In this document: positions 62,627 to 64,000 of the stretch, piece by piece
How the letters are laid out: the number at the start of each line of letters is the position of its first letter
How positions within the stretch are numbered: the first letter of the stretch is position 1
Assembly: GCA_039829955.1 (NCBI GenBank)
Contig: CP140035.1
Location: 18,935 to 82,934, forward strand
DNA from: Buchnera aphidicola (Nurudea shiraii)
GTDB lineage: Bacteria; Pseudomonadota; Gammaproteobacteria; Enterobacterales; Enterobacteriaceae
DNA length: 64,000 nt
Reading direction: 5' to 3'
Program-made: the position numbers and the translations under genes
Notes under the pieces: generated by a model
The model's input: the letters and a program-made list of their open reading frames with translations, nothing else
Databases searched by the model: none
What the model was told of the DNA's origin: nothing

Positions 62627-64000
62627 GTGAATTTTTTAAAGCGATTTTTTATATTTATAATTTTACTATTTTCATCTTTTTTTTGTAGTATGTTATTTTT
62701 AATTTATAGTAATTATGGACTAAAAATTATGTATAACTTAGTTCATTATTATATACCAGAATTTAAAATAAAGAAAATAATAGGAAAATATAATAATTTT
62801 ATATTGGAAGACATTAGATATTTATCTAATGAAAGAAGTTTTTTTATTAAAAAAGCATATTTAAGAATAAGTTTTAATTTTTTTAAGCGTTTCTTTATTT
62901 CTATAGATAAAATTTTATTTTTAGGGTGTGATATATATGTAAAACACTTTTCTTTAAGTATGTCACAAAAAAAAAATTTTATTTTCAATAAAAAATTTAT
63001 GTTTTTTTTTAAAATACCTATTGTTCTAAAGGACGTAAAAATTAATAATTTTTCTTTTTTTACAAATAATATTATTTTTAAGATAGATAATTTTTCTGGA
63101 GAATACGTTTGGAATGGAATAATGTTAAAATGTTTACATAGTGAAGCTAATAATGTTTATTTTAAAAAACATAAATTTTCAAACAAGAAAAATATAGAGT
63201 TTAAGAGATTAAAAATAAAACGTAACGTTAGTTTAAATTTAAATTTTAAAGAAATTTTGAATTATTTTAAAAAATGGAGTTTTCATTTTCCTATAGATAT
63301 AAATTTAGGATCTTTTTACAGTAAGAATGTTTATTTTTTTGATGAGAGTAGTTTTAATTTGCATAATTTTCATGCTATTTTTAATATTATTAATAATAAA
63401 ATTTCTGTAAGAAGATTATGTTTTTTAAATTCTAATATGAAATTTTGTATATCTGGAGTATGTGACGTTAATAAACACTTTTTAACTAATGTGCGTATAT
63501 ATTATTACAGCTTAGAAAAATTATATAAAAAAGAAAGTGTTATTATTTGTGTTAATGGTTTTTTATTTAAGAAATTAGATATAATTTTTAATCTTTTAGG
63601 GTTTTTAAACGCTCGAGTTTACGTTAAAATAGAATATAAAAAGTACAATTCTATTTTAAATATGGAACTTTTTGCTCCATCTTTAATATTAGTGAAAAAT
63701 AAAGAAAAATATACGTTATTGGAAGATATAAAATTTAAAATTATGGGAAATTCGTTGAATTATAAATTTTTTGTTGATGGAATTATTAATTTTAATTTTT
63801 TTATTCCTATAAAAGTAAGTTTATTAGGGTCTAGTAATTATTCAACGATATATATCAAAAAATTTAAATGTAAGTTTTTAAAAAAAAGCACGTATTTTAG
63901 TAGTTTTTTGGGTTTATTTAACAAAACAAGATATTTTAGTTCGGTTATTTCAAATCAAGATAAGAATGTTTTGTACAAAAAATTTATGATAAAGAAAATG
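62627..64000 (+). CDS. tamB: TamB (YtfN)-like translocation and assembly module protein, N-terminal part (continues past window)
   Basis: Not in the ORF track because no stop falls inside the window. I translated 62627-64000 codon by codon: 458 sense codons from GTG 62627 (AAGG 9 nt upstream). N-terminal signal anchor, then LFLIYSNYGLKIMYNLVHYYIPEFKIKKIIGKYNNFILEDIRY versus E. coli TamB [43 protein letters not shown]. Confidence 0.7.
   Translation, partial: MNFLKRFFIFIILLFSSFFCSMLFLIYSNYGLKIMYNLVHYYIPEFKIKKIIGKYNNFILEDIRYLSNERSFFIKKAYLRISFNFFKRFFISIDKILFLGCDIYVKHFSLSMSQKKNFIFNKKFMFFFKIPIVLKDVKINNFSFFTNNIIFKIDNFSGEYVWNGIMLKCLHSEANNVYFKKHKFSNKKNIEFKRLKIKRNVSLNLNFKEILNYFKKWSFHFPIDINLGSFYSKNVYFFDESSFNLHNFHAIFNIINNKISVRRLCFLNSNMKFCISGVCDVNKHFLTNVRIYYYSLEKLYKKESVIICVNGFLFKKLDIIFNLLGFLNARVYVKIEYKKYNSILNMELFAPSLILVKNKEKYTLLEDIKFKIMGNSLNYKFFVDGIINFNFFIPIKVSLLGSSNYSTIYIKKFKCKFLKKSTYFSSFLGLFNKTRYFSSVISNQDKNVLYKKFMIKKM

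Noticed and set aside
62749-62988. 79-aa minus-strand ORF, the only ORF-track entry after rpmB
   Set aside because: It is antisense to the long tamB-like frame, which is uninterrupted from 62627 to the window end.

Overview
This 64 kb window is very AT-rich (by eye about three-quarters A+T, not computed), gene-dense, and shows no mobile DNA. Gene content and order are: groEL / dnaC / rsmD / ftsY, rpoH / glmS-glmU / yigL, metE / yicC / purH / rpoC-rpoB-rplL-rplJ-rplA-rplK-nusG-secE / thrU-tyrU-glyT-thrT-type tRNA operon / coaA / murB / metF / argG-argH / cysE / rpoD-dnaG-rpsU / tsaD / ribB / cca / uppP / crr-ptsI-ptsH / ligA / tRNA-Val, tRNA-Lys / gltX / tRNA-Ala / fliE, fliFGHIJK, fliMNOPQR / rpmG-rpmB / tamB. 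That is E. coli-like local synteny with many syntenic deletions. Together with amino-acid biosynthesis genes and a flagellar export/basal-body cluster lacking filament, motor or chemotaxis genes, it fits a reduced Enterobacterales endosymbiont, most likely Buchnera aphidicola (inferred from memory of gene order, no search run). I found no CRISPR array, IS, integrase, phage, toxin-antitoxin or defence genes, and no unexplained multi-gene system; this is core genome. Points worth a second look: (1) Five genes (rsmD, fliH, fliJ, fliK, fliN) are interrupted exactly inside A9-A11 tracts. Each is restored to a full-length homologue by one extra A, while tracts of the same length in essential genes are in frame. 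This is either poly(A) slippage-dependent expression or a homopolymer under-call artefact. (2) A perfect 52+52 nt palindrome mirrors the last 27 nt of metE, and a separate 20-bp inverted repeat lies in the same spacer. (3) Perfect 14-16 bp hairpins sit at most convergent gene junctions. (4) cysE shows erosion, next to an empty cysK-sized gap. (5) argGH is kept but argECB is missing at the syntenic site. (6) All seven tRNA genes lack encoded CCA, and cca keeps its transferase head but has lost the HD motif. (7) tRNA-Thr(GGU) has an A19:U56 covariation. Two real genes are absent from the supplied ORF track: rpmG (55 aa) and the 5' part of tamB, which runs off the window.
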